Of a DNA stretch of 64,000 bases, positions 14,208 through 27,429 are shown piece after piece. Below the pieces are notes generated by a model. It had not been told where the DNA came from. It did not search any database and was given only the letters and a program-made list of their open reading frames with translations. The position numbers and the translations under genes are program-made. Source of the DNA: Vicugna vicugna (Eukaryota). The DNA lies in assembly GCA_013265495.1 (NCBI GenBank), contig MU058718.1, positions 1,860,001-1,924,000 of the forward strand, given 5' to 3'. The first letter of the stretch is position 1; every line of letters starts with the position of its first letter.

Positions 14208-14679
14208 GTGTGGAATGATATAAGTGAGATCATACAGTATTTGTCTTTCTCTGTCAGCATAGAATAGTGGTTAAAGGAGTGCCTTCTGATGCTGGGTTGC
14301 TTGGGTCTACAGGTTTTTCTTCTTTTCTGCATATTCTAGAACATTTGCTGTCATCTTTCAAAGTTGGTAGAATTTAGAAGTAAAATAATTTATGAATAAG
14401 GCATTATTTATTCGTTTATTTTTTAGTAGGAAAGTTGACACCTTTTCACATTTCTCTCATAGTAATAGCTATGTTTTGATTGTCTCTCTGCTAGGGGAAA
14501 ACATTGGCAATTAATATTTTACTAGAAAATAATCCCTTTTGTGTGTTAAAAAAATTTTATTTGCATAAAGCTGAGCAAAATCAGCTTTTAGAAGTCTTTT
14601 CATTTCCCTTATGTCTGTGGTTATTAATTTATTTCCATTTCCTATTTTTAGTATATGGGCTTTCTCCATTTAAAAAATT

Positions 14680-14812
14680 GAGGGTAGATTATAGCTCAGT
14701 GGTAACGCTGCTGCTTAGCATGCATGAAGTCCTGGGTTCAGTCCCCAGTACCTCTGTTAAAAATAAATAAATACGTAAATATATGAAAACCTAATTACTT
14801 TCTCCCCCCAAA
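14680..14812 (+). mobile_element. tRNA-derived SINE (camelid-type)
   Basis: A-box tagctcagtggta, B-box-like gggttcagtcccc, then an AT-rich tail and cctaattac...ccccc. Same family as three other copies in the window. Confidence 0.85.
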
Positions 14813-17016
14813 TTTTTTTAATTGGGTGAATTACTAATTTTGTTGGGTTATAAGATTTATCAGTACTACCATTTTTCTGTTTTCTAATTCTTTAATATTT
14901 ACTTTTATCTTTATGCATTCCTTCCTTCTGCTGTATTAGATACAATAATGCCAGCTCATGCCTAATGTAGCATTTTAGAAATTGTTTAAATAAAGATGAG
15001 TATGTCACTTCTGTTGCCCTTCATATGGAGAATTTCTAAAAGAAAGAAAATTAAATTTTAGTGAGGAGAAATGGAATAAAGTCCTTCATTTTTTTCCCTT
15101 TGTTTTAGGTAAATATAAACTTAACTGTCTTGTGGTTTCTGATTTTGGAATTGTTGACAATTTTTCCTAACCAACAAATCTAATATGATATAGGAGTAAA
15201 AAATATTTTTTTATTGACTTCCTCTAAAGTGGCTTCCCTCTGTTCCCTTATTTCTTAGTATATTATTATACAGTGGACCAAGCCATAATATAAAGATCAA
15301 GGAAAAATACATTCTCAGCTTCTCTTCCTGCCGAAAAGTTGCCTTATCTATTAATTTACTTGCTTAGCTCCCTAGCAAGTATTCCTTGTTTATGTGTAGT
15401 TTTGATATTATGGGCCAGTTAGTTCCACTCCTTTTAGTTCCATTCAGTCCACCAGTCATTTACCACATGCTCGAGTAGTCCTTCACTACGCACAAGACAG
15501 AGAAAACTGAATAAGCCAAGCCTCCATCTCTCCACACCTTCCCACCCGCAGTCCATGGAGCTCACAGCCTGTTCTTTTAGTACAAATTGTTCTTTAAGCC
15601 TCAATTAGACTTTGCCAAAATATGTGTCACAAGACAGGACAGGGAGAAGAGGAGATGGCTTAACCCAGATCATTTGCCATAACTGTAAAAACAGGGAACA
15701 AAAGTTAAGCTGGTTAATATTCATGCTCAGTAGTCAGAAGGATCCTCACAGCAATACTGCTTGTAGCAACCCTCACAAGCCTGAATGAGGCTCTTGTTTG
15801 ACTCTCAGTCCTCCCCGTATTGAATCCCCAGATTGTATTTCCCCAGGAGAAGCCTTGGTCCTCTGTGCTCTGCCAAGGAGAGTTGAAGGTGGGGAGGTCT
15901 ACTTTTCTCAGTTCTTAATGCCAGTGGATCCTGGGTGTTGGTAGAACCAGTTTACATACAATCCAGCAAAAGAGTTTAATTACCTTCAGAGATTTTTATT
16001 TCTCACAAATGCAAAATAACCTTAGTTAACTCAATTCTTACATTCCACATAGAAGTCAGAAAATAAATGCACGTACTGCATGCACATCTAACATACATTT
16101 ATCATTTCTTACTTGATTATGAGCATTATTCTCAGGGCCCCTCTGATGATGGACGTGGCCTTAGATTTATTAGTAAGTTGCAAGGAAAGAACAGAGTTTT
16201 GGGCTTATTACTCACTTGAATATATCAGAAATCAGAAGTGACAATATGCCAATATACAATAGTATACCTTTGGAATATTTCAGTTAATTTAAATCTTGTA
16301 TTTCTTTCATGATCGAAAAGGTGACTCCAGTTATTTATTTATTTTATGAACATTCTTAGGGAGGAAGACCTCTGCATCCCTCAAAAGGCCCTCAAGAGGA
16401 AAGTGCTTGGAACCCAGGAAATGGTCCCTCCAGGCTTATTCTACTAGTAGTAGAAGTTAGCTGTTCAGACAACACTCATTTCGCATCCTAATTCCATCTA
16501 GAATGTTTCACCTCTCATTTTCTCTCACTTTTTTGTGATATCTGCACAGGCCCAAAATTTCTGTGGGAGGGATGTTGTTTTATTTTTAAGGCCATTTATC
16601 ATCTATCTCTGTACCAGTTCTTTATAAAATTATCTCAGTGGTACCATAATTTAAAAGAGTCATAGAATACCTTCCCTGAGGCTTTTCTAAGTTACATTTC
16701 TCCAGTTCCTCGTATAAAGACTCATCGCCTTCCTAATCACTCTCCCACTGGACAAATTTTAATTTGTTTCTGTCTGCATTAAAATAAAACTTCTTAAACA
16801 GGAAAAATGTACTGTAGTTGTAGTTAACAAGAGTGGAAGAATGAGGAAGCAGGCCTCTGACCTTCCCACCGTAGCCCCTGGCAGCCACGCCCCTTTATTG
16901 ACACTGCTTTGTGCTGCACAAAAATTCCTGGGCGTTTTTCACATGAATTGCCAAGTTTTCCAGGTCTTCTCAGTTGATTTTTGAATCCTGATAATAATCC
17001 CAGATATGTGATACTC

Positions 17017-17510
17017 GTCAGGATTCTTGATTGTAAATAATGGAAACTGACTACAGTTCCTTACGTAGAAATGGAATGCATTAGATGGGCACCTGGTGGC
17101 TCCTAGAATCAAAAAACAAAAGATAGAAATGGATCAGATACTCACCACAGTAGCAGGCTGCTCAGGACATGCCACTCACCAGCAGGACACTGGGCGCCCC
17201 TCTGGACACCTACCACCCTCATGCTGGCTTCCACTGTCACTGGACATACACATTGCCCTTCTAGACTCTCCTCCCTGCACATCCACAAGGAAGCGTCTCT
17301 AATTGACCTGAGCCTTGTTGTCACCCCCTCAGGATGTAAAGTCTAAGTGGCAGCATTTGATTGGCTGTGCTTAGCTCTTGTCCTCACTCATGCTCCCAGG
17401 GGGATAATTGCCCTTTGGGCATTTATAGTGGAGGGGGCTGCTTCCCTATTATTATCTTAGGCTTCCTCCCAAATAGGATAAGCTTTTGGACACTGGACAA
17501 TCCAAATTAT
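17017..17510 (-). mobile_element. Old MaLR LTR (MLT1J/K-like)
   Basis: gtcaggattcttgattgtaaataatggaaactgact is a typical reverse MLT1 end. Highly diverged. Confidence 0.5.
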
Positions 17511-17653
17511 AAATATCTGCTATATATAAATTTTCATTTTTGCCAATTTGGGTTCAAAACTTGAGAAAAATAGCTTTCAAGTAATGATGCTGTCATCCAG
17601 TTAGTTTTTATTCCTGGGTTTCTGCTGCTACATACTTTTTAAGCTAGTCTTTT

Positions 17654-17801
17654 TTTGTTTGTTTTTGTTTTGGGGGGAGGTAATTAGATTTATTTATTTA
17701 TTTATTATTAAAAAAAAATTTTAATGGAGGTACCGGGGATTGAACCTAGGACCTCGTGGCACACTAATCATGCACTCTACCACTGAGCTATACCCTCCCC
17801 C
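17654..17801 (-). mobile_element. tRNA-derived SINE (camelid-type) with TSD
   Basis: Reverse A/B boxes (ctaccactgagctata, ggggattgaacc). TSD taagctagtctttt 17640-17653 / taaactagtctttt 17804-17817. Confidence 0.9.
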
Positions 17802-18229
17802 TCTAAACTAGTCTTTTGTCTTTCTCCATACTCAAACGATTGCACATGATAGGGTCAAAAGTAAGCATTGTGACCAGGCTTCCCTCTGGTTTGAGGACCA
17901 TATATTAATCTTCAGGAAATAGTTGTCCAACCAGCTCTGTAGTTGCCTAATCACCCAGAGCACATACCTCCTTTTTGCCACTCAGATAACACTTGAGCCA
18001 TCCACATTACTAACTATGTAACCCTAGTCTAAATGATTAATCCTGATTGTTAAATAATCACAGACTCAAAAGTATGCCTCTCCCTACCCCCAAGAAAAGG
18101 ATAACAGCTTCCATGCTGGTACGGGAGATTTCACAAAATTTCAGAAAAGCAGAGCTTAAATATTCTAAGACTGAGAATTACTTCAGTTGATGTCTGTCTC
18201 CTCCACCCACTGCCATTACGTCAAGTCAT

Positions 18230-19400
18230 GAGAAAAGTGTGAAGACACAAAATTTCCAGCCATCAAAGTGTGGTGTAGAGAGGAAAACAAAGTGGGACAG
18301 ACAGGTTTTGAAACTTTATTAAGGAAAAAGAATCCTGATTCAAGGCAAATAGAAGTGGATAATCTAGACAGAGGTGAGCAAAATGAAAAAAAAAATTGCA
18401 AAGCAATTTTACAAACATCCTTGTTTTTTCAACAATTTGAAGAAAGGAAGGAAAAGAGCAAAAACATGGTAGATAAAGGATCCAATTTAGAGCAACCCTA
18501 GAAATAAGGGAATTGCCTACAAATGCTTCCCACCACAAAACATTTTAAGAACGTGAATTAAAGCAAGAGCTCAAACAACCTGTGATTAAAAAAAAATAAA
18601 AAAAGGAGAATGAGCTGAAAGAAAATGAGGACAACATAATTACAAAACTAATAAAGAAAAAAACAGCAAGTGAGAGTAGAAATAGCTAAAACTTGAAGTA
18701 CTAACATAGGGCAAAGGTTTGAAGTAATCACAGTAAAAGCAGGTTGGAAAAAAATTAAGATTAAAGTAAGTAGAAAGAAGAGGTAGGTCATGGAGACTAA
18801 AGATTATCTAATAAGATGTTAAAAAAATATATTATTTAATATAATCACAAATGGTGTCTCTGAAATAGTAAACTCATCAAATTAAACAAAACTATTCAAG
18901 AGAATACCCCTCCCAAAAAAATGAATCTGCAGAACTGAAAAACACATTGTGTTTCAGAAAACTTCAACATGGAACATTCGATATTGAGACATAGCATGGC
19001 TTACCTACTGAAATTCAAAAAGTAAAAAGAATTCTTCAGGCATTCAGGCAAACAATATCAAGTTATCTGCAGAGGATGGACTGACCTCAGAATTTAATGT
19101 CAGAAGACAGAAGAACAGCAACTCAAGGAGTGTAACCAAGGGGGTCTTATCCAAACTAAGTTGTCCTTCCATGTACAGGCAAATGGACTTCTCTAAAACC
19201 AGGCAAAAAATCAGGAAACACAGCATCCATGAGCCTCTCTCAAAAAAACTACTTGGTAATATCCTGGCATGTAAGGGAAGAATTAAAATAAGAAAAGAAA
19301 AAAGAAAAAAAAGAAACAGAGAAGCCATATAAAAGGCTTTTGGTGAACACCAGATCCATTTAAATATAGGCCAGTACAAACTGTTGGACTGTCACTGAAG
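18230..19400 (+). mobile_element. L1 ORF1-like / HAL1 remnant
   Basis: Strongly A-rich. Motifs aagaattcttcaggcattcaggc and tatccaaactaagttgtccttc resemble degenerate ORF1 sequence. Confidence 0.55.
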
Positions 19401-19445
19401 AGAATGTTAATGTTACAAACATAAAAATTTTAAAATAATAATGTA

Positions 19446-19819
19446 GAATGAGAAAGAAAAATACCATATGATATCATGTATGTATGGAATCTAAAAAAGA
19501 AAAAGACAAGTGACCTTATTTACAAAGCAGAAACAGACTCACAGACATAGAAAACAAACTTACAGTTACTGGGGGAAAGGGGATGGGAATGGATAAATTG
19601 GGAGTTCGATATTTGCAGATGCTAACTACTATATATAAAATAGGTAAACAACAAGTTTCTGCTGTATAGCATAGGGAACTATAGTCAATATCTTATAGTA
19701 ACCTATAAATAAAAAGAATATGAAGATGAATATATGTATGACTGAAACATTATGCTGTACACCAGAAACTGACACATTGTAAACTGACTATACTTCAAAC
19801 TAAAAAGAGTTCCAAAAAT
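19446..19819 (+). mobile_element. Young 5'-truncated L1 3' end (artiodactyl-type)
   Basis: End of ORF2 plus 3' UTR (acagactcacagacatagaaaacaaac...gactatacttcaa). TSD aataataatgta 19434-19445 / 19820-19831. Confidence 0.85.
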
Positions 19820-20259
19820 AATAATAATGTAAAAGTTGGGGAGAGAGGGCTTGAAGAGGGGAGACCGTGTGAGCGTGCTATCACCCCATCTTTCATGGAA
19901 GGGACCAGTCAGCGTATGAAATTGAAACATGTGACTCAGACTTCCAAAAGCTCTTAATCGTGAAGAGATCTTTTAGGAGCTAATGTTTCTTATAAAGAAG
20001 AAAAAGTTATTGGAAATTTAGCAATTCTTTCCATTTCACTTCCATTGTGTTCTATGAAATCCAAGTTGTTTTCTTCTATGGAATCCATGTGAAACTTAGT
20101 TGAATATTATTATTTATTTAATAATAAAGAAGCCTTCACATGTGATGATGTCACACCCATGGGGTTGTTAGGACAATACAGATGAATATTAAATATAATG
20201 ATTCCCCCCCTTAAAAATGTACATTTATTTTATTGTATTCATACCTACTAAGCCAGTGG

Positions 20260-20380
20260 TTTCAAATTATATCTTACATGAGTGTATACATTTACCAAAA
20301 TTCATCAAACTGTACACTATTAAAGTGGGCATGTTTTATTGTATGTAAATGTATCTTGATAAAATGTATTTAAAAGATTT
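20260..20380 (+). mobile_element. Old L1M 3' end fragment
   Basis: gtgtatacatttaccaaaattcatcaaactgtacac...ttattgtatgtaaat is a canonical old L1 tail. Confidence 0.7.
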
Positions 20381-21606
20381 GTTTAAATTATGCCCCACTG
20401 GAGTCATTGAAGAGGAGTGGGGAAGAAATGAAGGTAAAGGTCAGTGGACAGAGCTTTCCCCTCCTCAACTCCCACCCATGTATGTTTAATTTACCTGAGC
20501 ACTTTGGCATTTATTTCTTTTACGCAATGATTTCAACATAGGGTTCCATAGCTTTAAGGAAGAAGAAAAAAAACAACAACACTACTGTTTTAAAAGTAGA
20601 TATCGGTGGACCTGAATTTAAGCATAAATTGTGTACAGCCGTAGTTGGCAGGTAGGTGAAATAAGCTAACAAAGTAATTCCAGTGAATTAAAGGTAAACT
20701 GACATCTGAAGTGAACTGCATTTCTGGATGAGACACACATATCTGCTTTCCAGAGTGGCTCCAACCCAGCCCTTCCCGGACGGTTGGAGATGGTCGCCAG
20801 ATGGCCTGTCGTGCTTCTGGATGTGTGAATGGGCCTCACTGGGGCTTGGACAAACCCCCGACTTGGCCTCCATGGCATCCCCCAGCCCTGCTCAAGTTAC
20901 CAGCAGGTCCAGGCCAGGGAGCGGCTGTCCTGCCGGCAGGAAACCTTTTCAGTTTTCCTAACAATTTTTCCCCTCATCCTCACAGTGTTTTGGCAGCTGC
21001 AGGGCCTCTTTTCTCCTCCTTTTCAACTTGCCTAGTGCTTTGAGCCACAGGAGAGACCCCAAGCCCTGCAGAACATCCCAAAATGCAAAGCATTTGCAAT
21101 GAGTCACAGCTGCCGAGGTGCCAGCAAGGGCTGCTCCAGACTGAGAGAGGGAACAAGGGAGGAGGCGTCGGTTGTAGCAGCTGCAGAGCTGGTGTCAAAG
21201 GCTGGGCCCGGGAAAGACTGGCTGCAATGCGAAAAAAACCACAAGGAAAATGCCCTATGGGGACCACTCCTCCGAAGCATCCCCACCTACTCCACCTGGA
21301 GCTGTCAGCTCTTCTAGCCACATCCTCTAAGTCCTCAACATTTTCACAGGAAAAACAACCTGGAAGAGAAAATTGCAAGTTGGCTGGAGGAAAATGAGCC
21401 CTGACGGTCCTCTCACCAACAACCATAAAGAGCTTGGCCCGCTGTGCTCTGCAGTACACTATTTTAAGGTGCATTTTAAAATGCAGTGGGCGTTCTCTCC
21501 TTTTATGCCAACAGAGGGGCATTCACTGGCTCTTTCTTACTGCCTGAAAGCACTCCTCCCTTTTAAGTCCTGGAGAGAGAATTTGGTGTCAAAATACTAC
21601 ACTCTT

Positions 21607-21830
21607 ACAGGGGGTAGAAAGGGACTGGGATTTCAAAATGTAGAATAGATAAACAAGATTGTACTGTGTAGCACAGGGAAATATATACAGGATCTTGTGG
21701 TGGCTCACAGTGAAAGAGAATATGACAATGTATGTATGTTCATGTATAACTAAAAATTGTGCTCTACACTGGAATTTGACACAACATTGTAAAATGACTA
21801 TAACTCAATAAAAAAAAAGCTTATATAAAA
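21607..21830 (+). mobile_element. Young L1 3' end
   Basis: Near reverse complement of the 3' UTR of the L1 at 40471-41304. Ends aataaaaaaaaa. Possible degenerate TSD ctacactctt/ctaccctctt. Confidence 0.85.
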
Positions 21831-21844
21831 AATCTACCCTCTTT

Positions 21845-22990
21845 TAATTTTTTTATTAATAACTATGAGCAGAGAATACATTCACAATATTCATCCAAAA
21901 TATTTGAAAAACTATAGAATAAGAAGTGTCCCTCTCACTTATGCCCACCCCAGCCACCTAGTTCTGCATCCTGGAAGCAAGCACTGTTACTTGTTTCTTG
22001 TGTATTTTTCCAGAAGTGTTCTCTGCACGTACAAGCATGTCTGGTATATGTAAATTGTTGTACAAATAGCAGACATTACACAATGTTCCATTCTTTGTTT
22101 TTAACAACCTTGGAAAACTGTTTCATACTGGTACAAATAGAACTCCCTCATTTATTTGTTGATTTTAACTAGATATTTAAACTGTAGCCTGTTAATATAC
22201 ATGTTGGTTATTTTTCGATCTTTCCCTATTCCAAACTGTGCTCCAGTGAATATCTCTGAAGATATATCATGAGCAGGTATATATGTAGGTCAGATTCCTG
22301 GAAGGGGGATTGCTATGTTGTTTGTTGACATTTTGATAACTATTTTGTCCAATTTCCCTCCATAGAGATTGTATCAATTTATACCCACATCCTCTATTCC
22401 TCAGCACAGGATTATCCAACTTTTTCACATTTGCCAATTGAAAGGTTGAAAATGGCATCTCATTGTAATTTTAATTTGGTTTCTCCTTATTACAAACAAG
22501 GCTGAGCATCTTTACCTCTGAGAGCTGCTGTGAACTATGTGTCTCTGCCCACTCTGTAGGGCACTGTTTGCTCTGATTCACTGAACTCTATATATTAAGG
22601 AAAATAGTCTTTTGTCAGTGTGTGTGTGTGTATATATATGTATGACATTTTGTTTCCATTTGGTTTTTCTCTTCCCTCTGTACTTACAATGCTTGTTTCA
22701 TATAGAACTCTTTTTAGTTTCATGTTGTTGAAGTTATCTTTTCATTCTTGTCATCCAGAAAGTTTAGCATTTAGATAACATTTCCCCTGAAATCACAAAA
22801 TTTCTCCCCCCGTGTTTTCCTCAAAGATTTGTTATTTTGTATTTAGCATTTTAACCTAGCCAGAATTGACTGTAGCAGCAGGATAAGTAGGGGTCTACCT
22901 GTATCTTTCTCTAGGTGGCTACCCAGTCACTCCAGCACCATTTACTGAATAATCCAATCCTCACCCGCTAAGCTGAAATGCTACTTCAAT
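21845..22990 (-). mobile_element. Old L1ME-like remnant
   Basis: T-rich, with aaaatggcatctcattgtaattttaattt and ccagcaccatttactgaataatcc motifs. Confidence 0.65.
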
Positions 22991-23014
22991 CAGAAACTAA
23001 CTTTCCATATATAT

Positions 23015-23820
23015 TTGCTATGCAAATTTATTGCTGCATAGCAAATCACCAGAAATTTTGGGACAAAATAACGCATATTTATTACCTCCCAGTTTCTGTG
23101 GGTCAGAAACCAAAGTACAGGTTAGCTGGGTCCTCTTCCTCAGGGTCTCTCTCAAAGCATCAACGTGTCAGCGAGGCCTGGAGCCTCATCTGAGGCCTGC
23201 CTAAAGAAGGATTTTTTTCCAAGCTCACGTGGCTGTGGGCCAGATTCAGATCCTTGTAGGATGTCAGATTGAGGGCCTCAGCTTCTTGCAGGCCAGCTGT
23301 CTGAGGCCACTCTACATTCCTTGCCACGTGGGCCTCTCCCATGGCATCTCACTGCATCAAAGCCAGCAAGGAAGAGAGTCCGCAGGGTCCGCTAGCAAGC
23401 TGGCGGTACAGTGCACAGAGGCAACGTCCCATCACCTCTGCCATAACCTATGGGCTGGAAGCAAATCACAGGTCTCACTCATTACCCAAGGGATGAATTG
23501 GGTGCCATCCTAGAGTCTGCCTGCCCTCTGGGCTACAATGATCAGTGTCCCTCCCCCATGTAAAATGCATCCACCTCGAAAGTTCTCCAGCAGCCTCATC
23601 CCATTACAGCATCACTTTGAGGTCCAGAATCGCAACATCTAAATCAGTTCCAGGTGTGGCTGAGGCGCCTCAGGTGTAGTTTATTAAGTCCAGCTCCTGG
23701 AGAACACTTCCCCTCTGTGAACCTGTGAGACTAATAAATCATCTCCCCACATATCCAGTGTACGATGGTGGGACAGGCAAAGGACGGCAGCCAGAGAAAC
23801 TCCCACTCAAAAAGGAAGAA
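23015..23820 (-). mobile_element. MaLR LTR (MLT1) and adjoining MaLR sequence
   Basis: ttattgctgcatagcaaatcacc...cagtttctgtgggtcag...ttagctgggtcctct matches reverse MLT1. Confidence 0.65.
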
Positions 23821-24009
23821 AATGAGAGGTACGGAGGAGCTACTGTCCAGCGCCATTCACAGGTTTGGGTTTGTTCAAAATTTCCAAAGCTCACTAGCAA
23901 TACTGTTTTACTTTGTGCATTTGTTTTTTCCTGCTCCTTTCTTTATAAATATACAGTTTCTTTTTTTATTACTCCTCTTTTAATCACCACCACCATCATC
24001 ATCACTTAC

Positions 24010-24195
24010 GTTATGCTTACTAATTCCAAGTAATTTTCTAAGTGCTTTACATATATTGATTGTTTAACCCTCACAACAACCCAGTGAGGGTAGGTACTCT
24101 CGTTATCCTTATTTTACCTGAGAGCGAAATGAGGTAAAGAGAGATTCAACCGCCTTCCAAGGGCATGCATGTGGTAAGTGGCAGAGTCAGACAGG
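24010..24195 (-). mobile_element. MIR SINE
   Basis: ctaagtgctttacatatatt...cctcacaacaacccagtgagg...ggtaagtggcagag. Confidence 0.8.
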
Positions 24196-24679
24196 AGATG
24201 GGTACTCCTGGTAGAACGCTTTGTAGGACGTTTGAACGCATGGAGAACTAAACTCGTGCTGTCAGCTGGCAAAAATCCTTCCCTGTTCCTTGTACCGCGA
24301 AGTTGTATGTGTGCGTGTGTGATGTTGCAGCCCTCTCGCTCCCCCAGTCAGCAGTGATCAACAACTGTGGGGCTATTCACAATTCATAGGTATTTTTTCC
24401 CTACCCTACTTCACTGACGGACTGCTTCCAGCGAATATAGCAAGGGTGTGTGTTTCCTCATTTACCCCTCCCGCCCCTGCCACTCCTCGATGCCACCTGG
24501 AAACTCCCGCAGCCAGCCCAAGCCAGCCTGTTCCCATCCCTTTCTGACAAGGACGTGTGGACTCTCCCTCACGACCTACTACGCTGGGGATCTGTCTGGC
24601 ACCCACACTGCTGGCCTCCCTCCTGGCGCCGTCAGCAGCCCTCGCTGACCCTCACTGCGCCGGCAGCACTTCCTCATTA

Positions 24680-25275
24680 TTGTAGCTCAGGGCTTGCACT
24701 TCTCACTTTTGGTTGCCCACTCAGTACCAGTCCCCTTCTCCCTCCTTCTAATGGAACCCCAGCTCTTTTGAGGCATCCAGCACCACTAAGTGCAGCCCAG
24801 GAGATTCAGGGGAAGACGGGCTCCATCCCCTCTGCTCTCAGTCAGGGAATGGGCTATGATTGACCTAAACCAGTCTCCATAATTCTCTGCTTGGGTTTGT
24901 AACCAGTAACCAAGGTTTGAGCCAGACAGCACATGGCAATCCCTTTGCAGACAGTTATTGATCGAAAAGTGGCCATGTGAACTAAGTTGGCCCATTAGGA
25001 CTTTTACTTGCTCCCTCACCTAGAGGATGTGGACAAGGAATCACGTAGCCAAAATTGCTACAGGCAGTCACAGTAGGAACACAAGTAGGAACACCAGCCT
25101 TCAGATGAATCCTACAGACAACAGTGAAGAGAGGCAGGAAATATCTGAGTGACTGATGATACTGTCGAGCCTGCCGTATCTTTGGAGTTCCTATTATATG
25201 ACTTAACACATTTCCTTATTTTTCAAGCCAGTCTGAGTCAGACTTTGTTACTTGCAGTCAAAAGCTTCCCAATTA
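24680..25275 (+). mobile_element. Old MaLR LTR (MLT1J/K-like)
   Basis: 3' end tttccttatttttcaagccagtctgagtcagactttgttacttgcag. Confidence 0.55.
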
Positions 25276-26494
25276 GTACAGAATTAAAGAAGTTGCCTAG
25301 TTTGGTCAAAGATGTATCTTGTACTTTTATTACTTTCATTTTTTTCACTTATTTTTGAGGATGTTCAAAACTCACTAGTAGTTCAAATTACATTCATGAT
25401 GTCTACTAGTTCAATCAGAACTTTAAGCCAACAAAAAATATGATTAGCTTCAAAATACAGAGCAACAGCATTGTCCAGGGAAAGCTCAGCCTTGCAGTAA
25501 TTGTCATATTCAAGGAAGCAAGGGGCATTGCACAGCGTTACAGGTGTACAGGCCTCCTTAGACTTGCCACTCCCTGCCATAATTCTCTCTCTGTGTGTCA
25601 GACATCCACCACTGGGTAGGTGGGGAGACGTGTGGGGTGCTTGAGGCAGAGATTGGTTTGTCCTTGTCCAATGTCTTAGTATATAGTACCTGCAAGTTAA
25701 GAATGGGTACCAGGCGTGAAACACTCCAGTGTTCATTTCCAAATCTCAGAGGAATTCCAAAGGCCCTTAGGATGCCCCAGGTATAAAAACTGAAATCAGA
25801 ATGACACTCTGAGTAAATAAATGGTCGGGGGGAGAATGGGGGAGGTTGTTGAATGGAGTAAAGACTTCTCTGAATTTCTCTGAATTTTCAAAACCCATTG
25901 CTATGGTGGAGGGCAGGAGGAAACATTACATCAGGGTTTATCTTCCTCAGATACTCATTGTATTGCATGTGCTAAATTTGTTTCTAAATGTGTGAGTGGT
26001 CTTTATTACTCCTCTTTTCCCAGAGAAAAGTAAAGAGTTTTTGTAGTTCAAGCCCATCATAGAGGATTGATGTAAGTGTGTCCAGAAGAGGATGGAATAG
26101 AAGCTGGGCTTGGAACTGGGCATTTCCCAAACCTGGGAGCTGGGAAGGGAGGCTTTTACAGGTTTTCCGGAAGTGACCAAGATGGGATTTCATTTGCAGT
26201 GTCTCAGGTAAGGACTGAGGGGATGCTCGAGTCTCTGGGAGTTTACAGTCGGCAGGGTGGACCACTCTGAAGAGCTACCAAGTTGGCTCAGATAAAATTG
26301 TTGGGTGACCCTGGAAGCGCCCCACTCAGCAGCTGCAGCAGGGGGCAGAAAGGACAACCTCAACAACGTCAAGCAAATCTTGTTCCATCTCAGGATTTGT
26401 GCATTTTGCATTTTACGATGTCCTTCCCCACACGCAGGTCACAAGGATCTATCTATATATTTCTATTAGCTTCATGATGGCTTTGAAAATAAGT

Positions 26495-27140
26495 CTTTAA
26501 CCCATTCAGAGCCAACATTTGTTTATGTAGTAGTTAGGGATTCAGTTTAATTTTTCTCAGTACCGTGAGCCAGTTTTCCCATCTAGTAAATAGTCCATCC
26601 TTCCTTACACTCATATGTGTGGACCAAGTTCCAATCTAAACACAGTTCTGTCTCTGAGTTCTGTTCCACTTGTCCATTTTGTCTGTTCTTGAACCAGTAT
26701 CATAATATTTGTATTACTATGGCCTAGTGGTATTCTTAAATATCACTTCTTTGCCTTTCTTTTTCAAAGTAGACTTAAGACTTGTGTTTCCAAATGAGTT
26801 TTAGGATGAATTTTCAATGTTTCTCAAAAAGCAGACCAAAAAAACCCTGTCATTTTGATAGAGATTTGAATTTAATTTGTAGATTAATTTGGAGAGAATT
26901 TGTATTTTTATAATATTATGCCATTCTCTTCATGAGCCTGGAATACCTCTTCATCATTTATTCAGATCTTTTTTATGTCCTTTAATAGAATTTTCCATTT
27001 TTTCTCACAGACCTCTAGTGTATTCTTGTTAATTCCTAGATATTCTAATAGTTTATGTTGCTAGTGCAAAATATATCTTATTTTTCTATTATATATTTTC
27101 TAGTTGCTTATTGTGAGTGTTAAAAATGCTATTGATTTTT
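26495..27140 (-). mobile_element. Old L1M ORF2 remnant
   Basis: tttaatttgtagattaatttggagagaatt and ccattctcttcatgagcctgga are reverse L1 ORF2 motifs. Confidence 0.75.
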
Positions 27141-27429
27141 GCCTCATCAATTACTGATACCTCACTAGGGAAGTTTCATAGATACTTCCCTGCAAGAGAT
27201 TTTAGTAGGTAGAAAGGGGGGAGGAAAAAGAACATGGAGGCACGTGTGAGGACAGGAGGCTCCCCAAGAAGCCAAAAGGACAGGGAAGAGGGCTGCCAGG
27301 TGTTTTGGAAATCAATTTAATTCCTTCATCTTTTTCCCTGAATTTTCATAGAATTATCCTGATTCTAGCAGACAGGCCAGCCTCTTCAGAAATGTGCCAT
27401 TCCTACCTCCCCGATCGGTTCCACCATCA

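Noticed and set aside
14690..14755. tRNA gene
   Set aside because: A/B boxes are present, but the sequence continues into the shared SINE body and sister copies have TSDs.
16439..16455. 8-bp inverted repeat ttctacta-g-tagtagaa
   Set aside because: Short and low-complexity, so expected by chance.
20725..20828. Peptide LDETHIS...ALPGRLEMVARWPVVLLDV resembling the FolC/Mur ligase PGR...D motif
   Set aside because: Short, ends in a stop before the expected AHN motif, and has no further similarity. Most likely coincidence.
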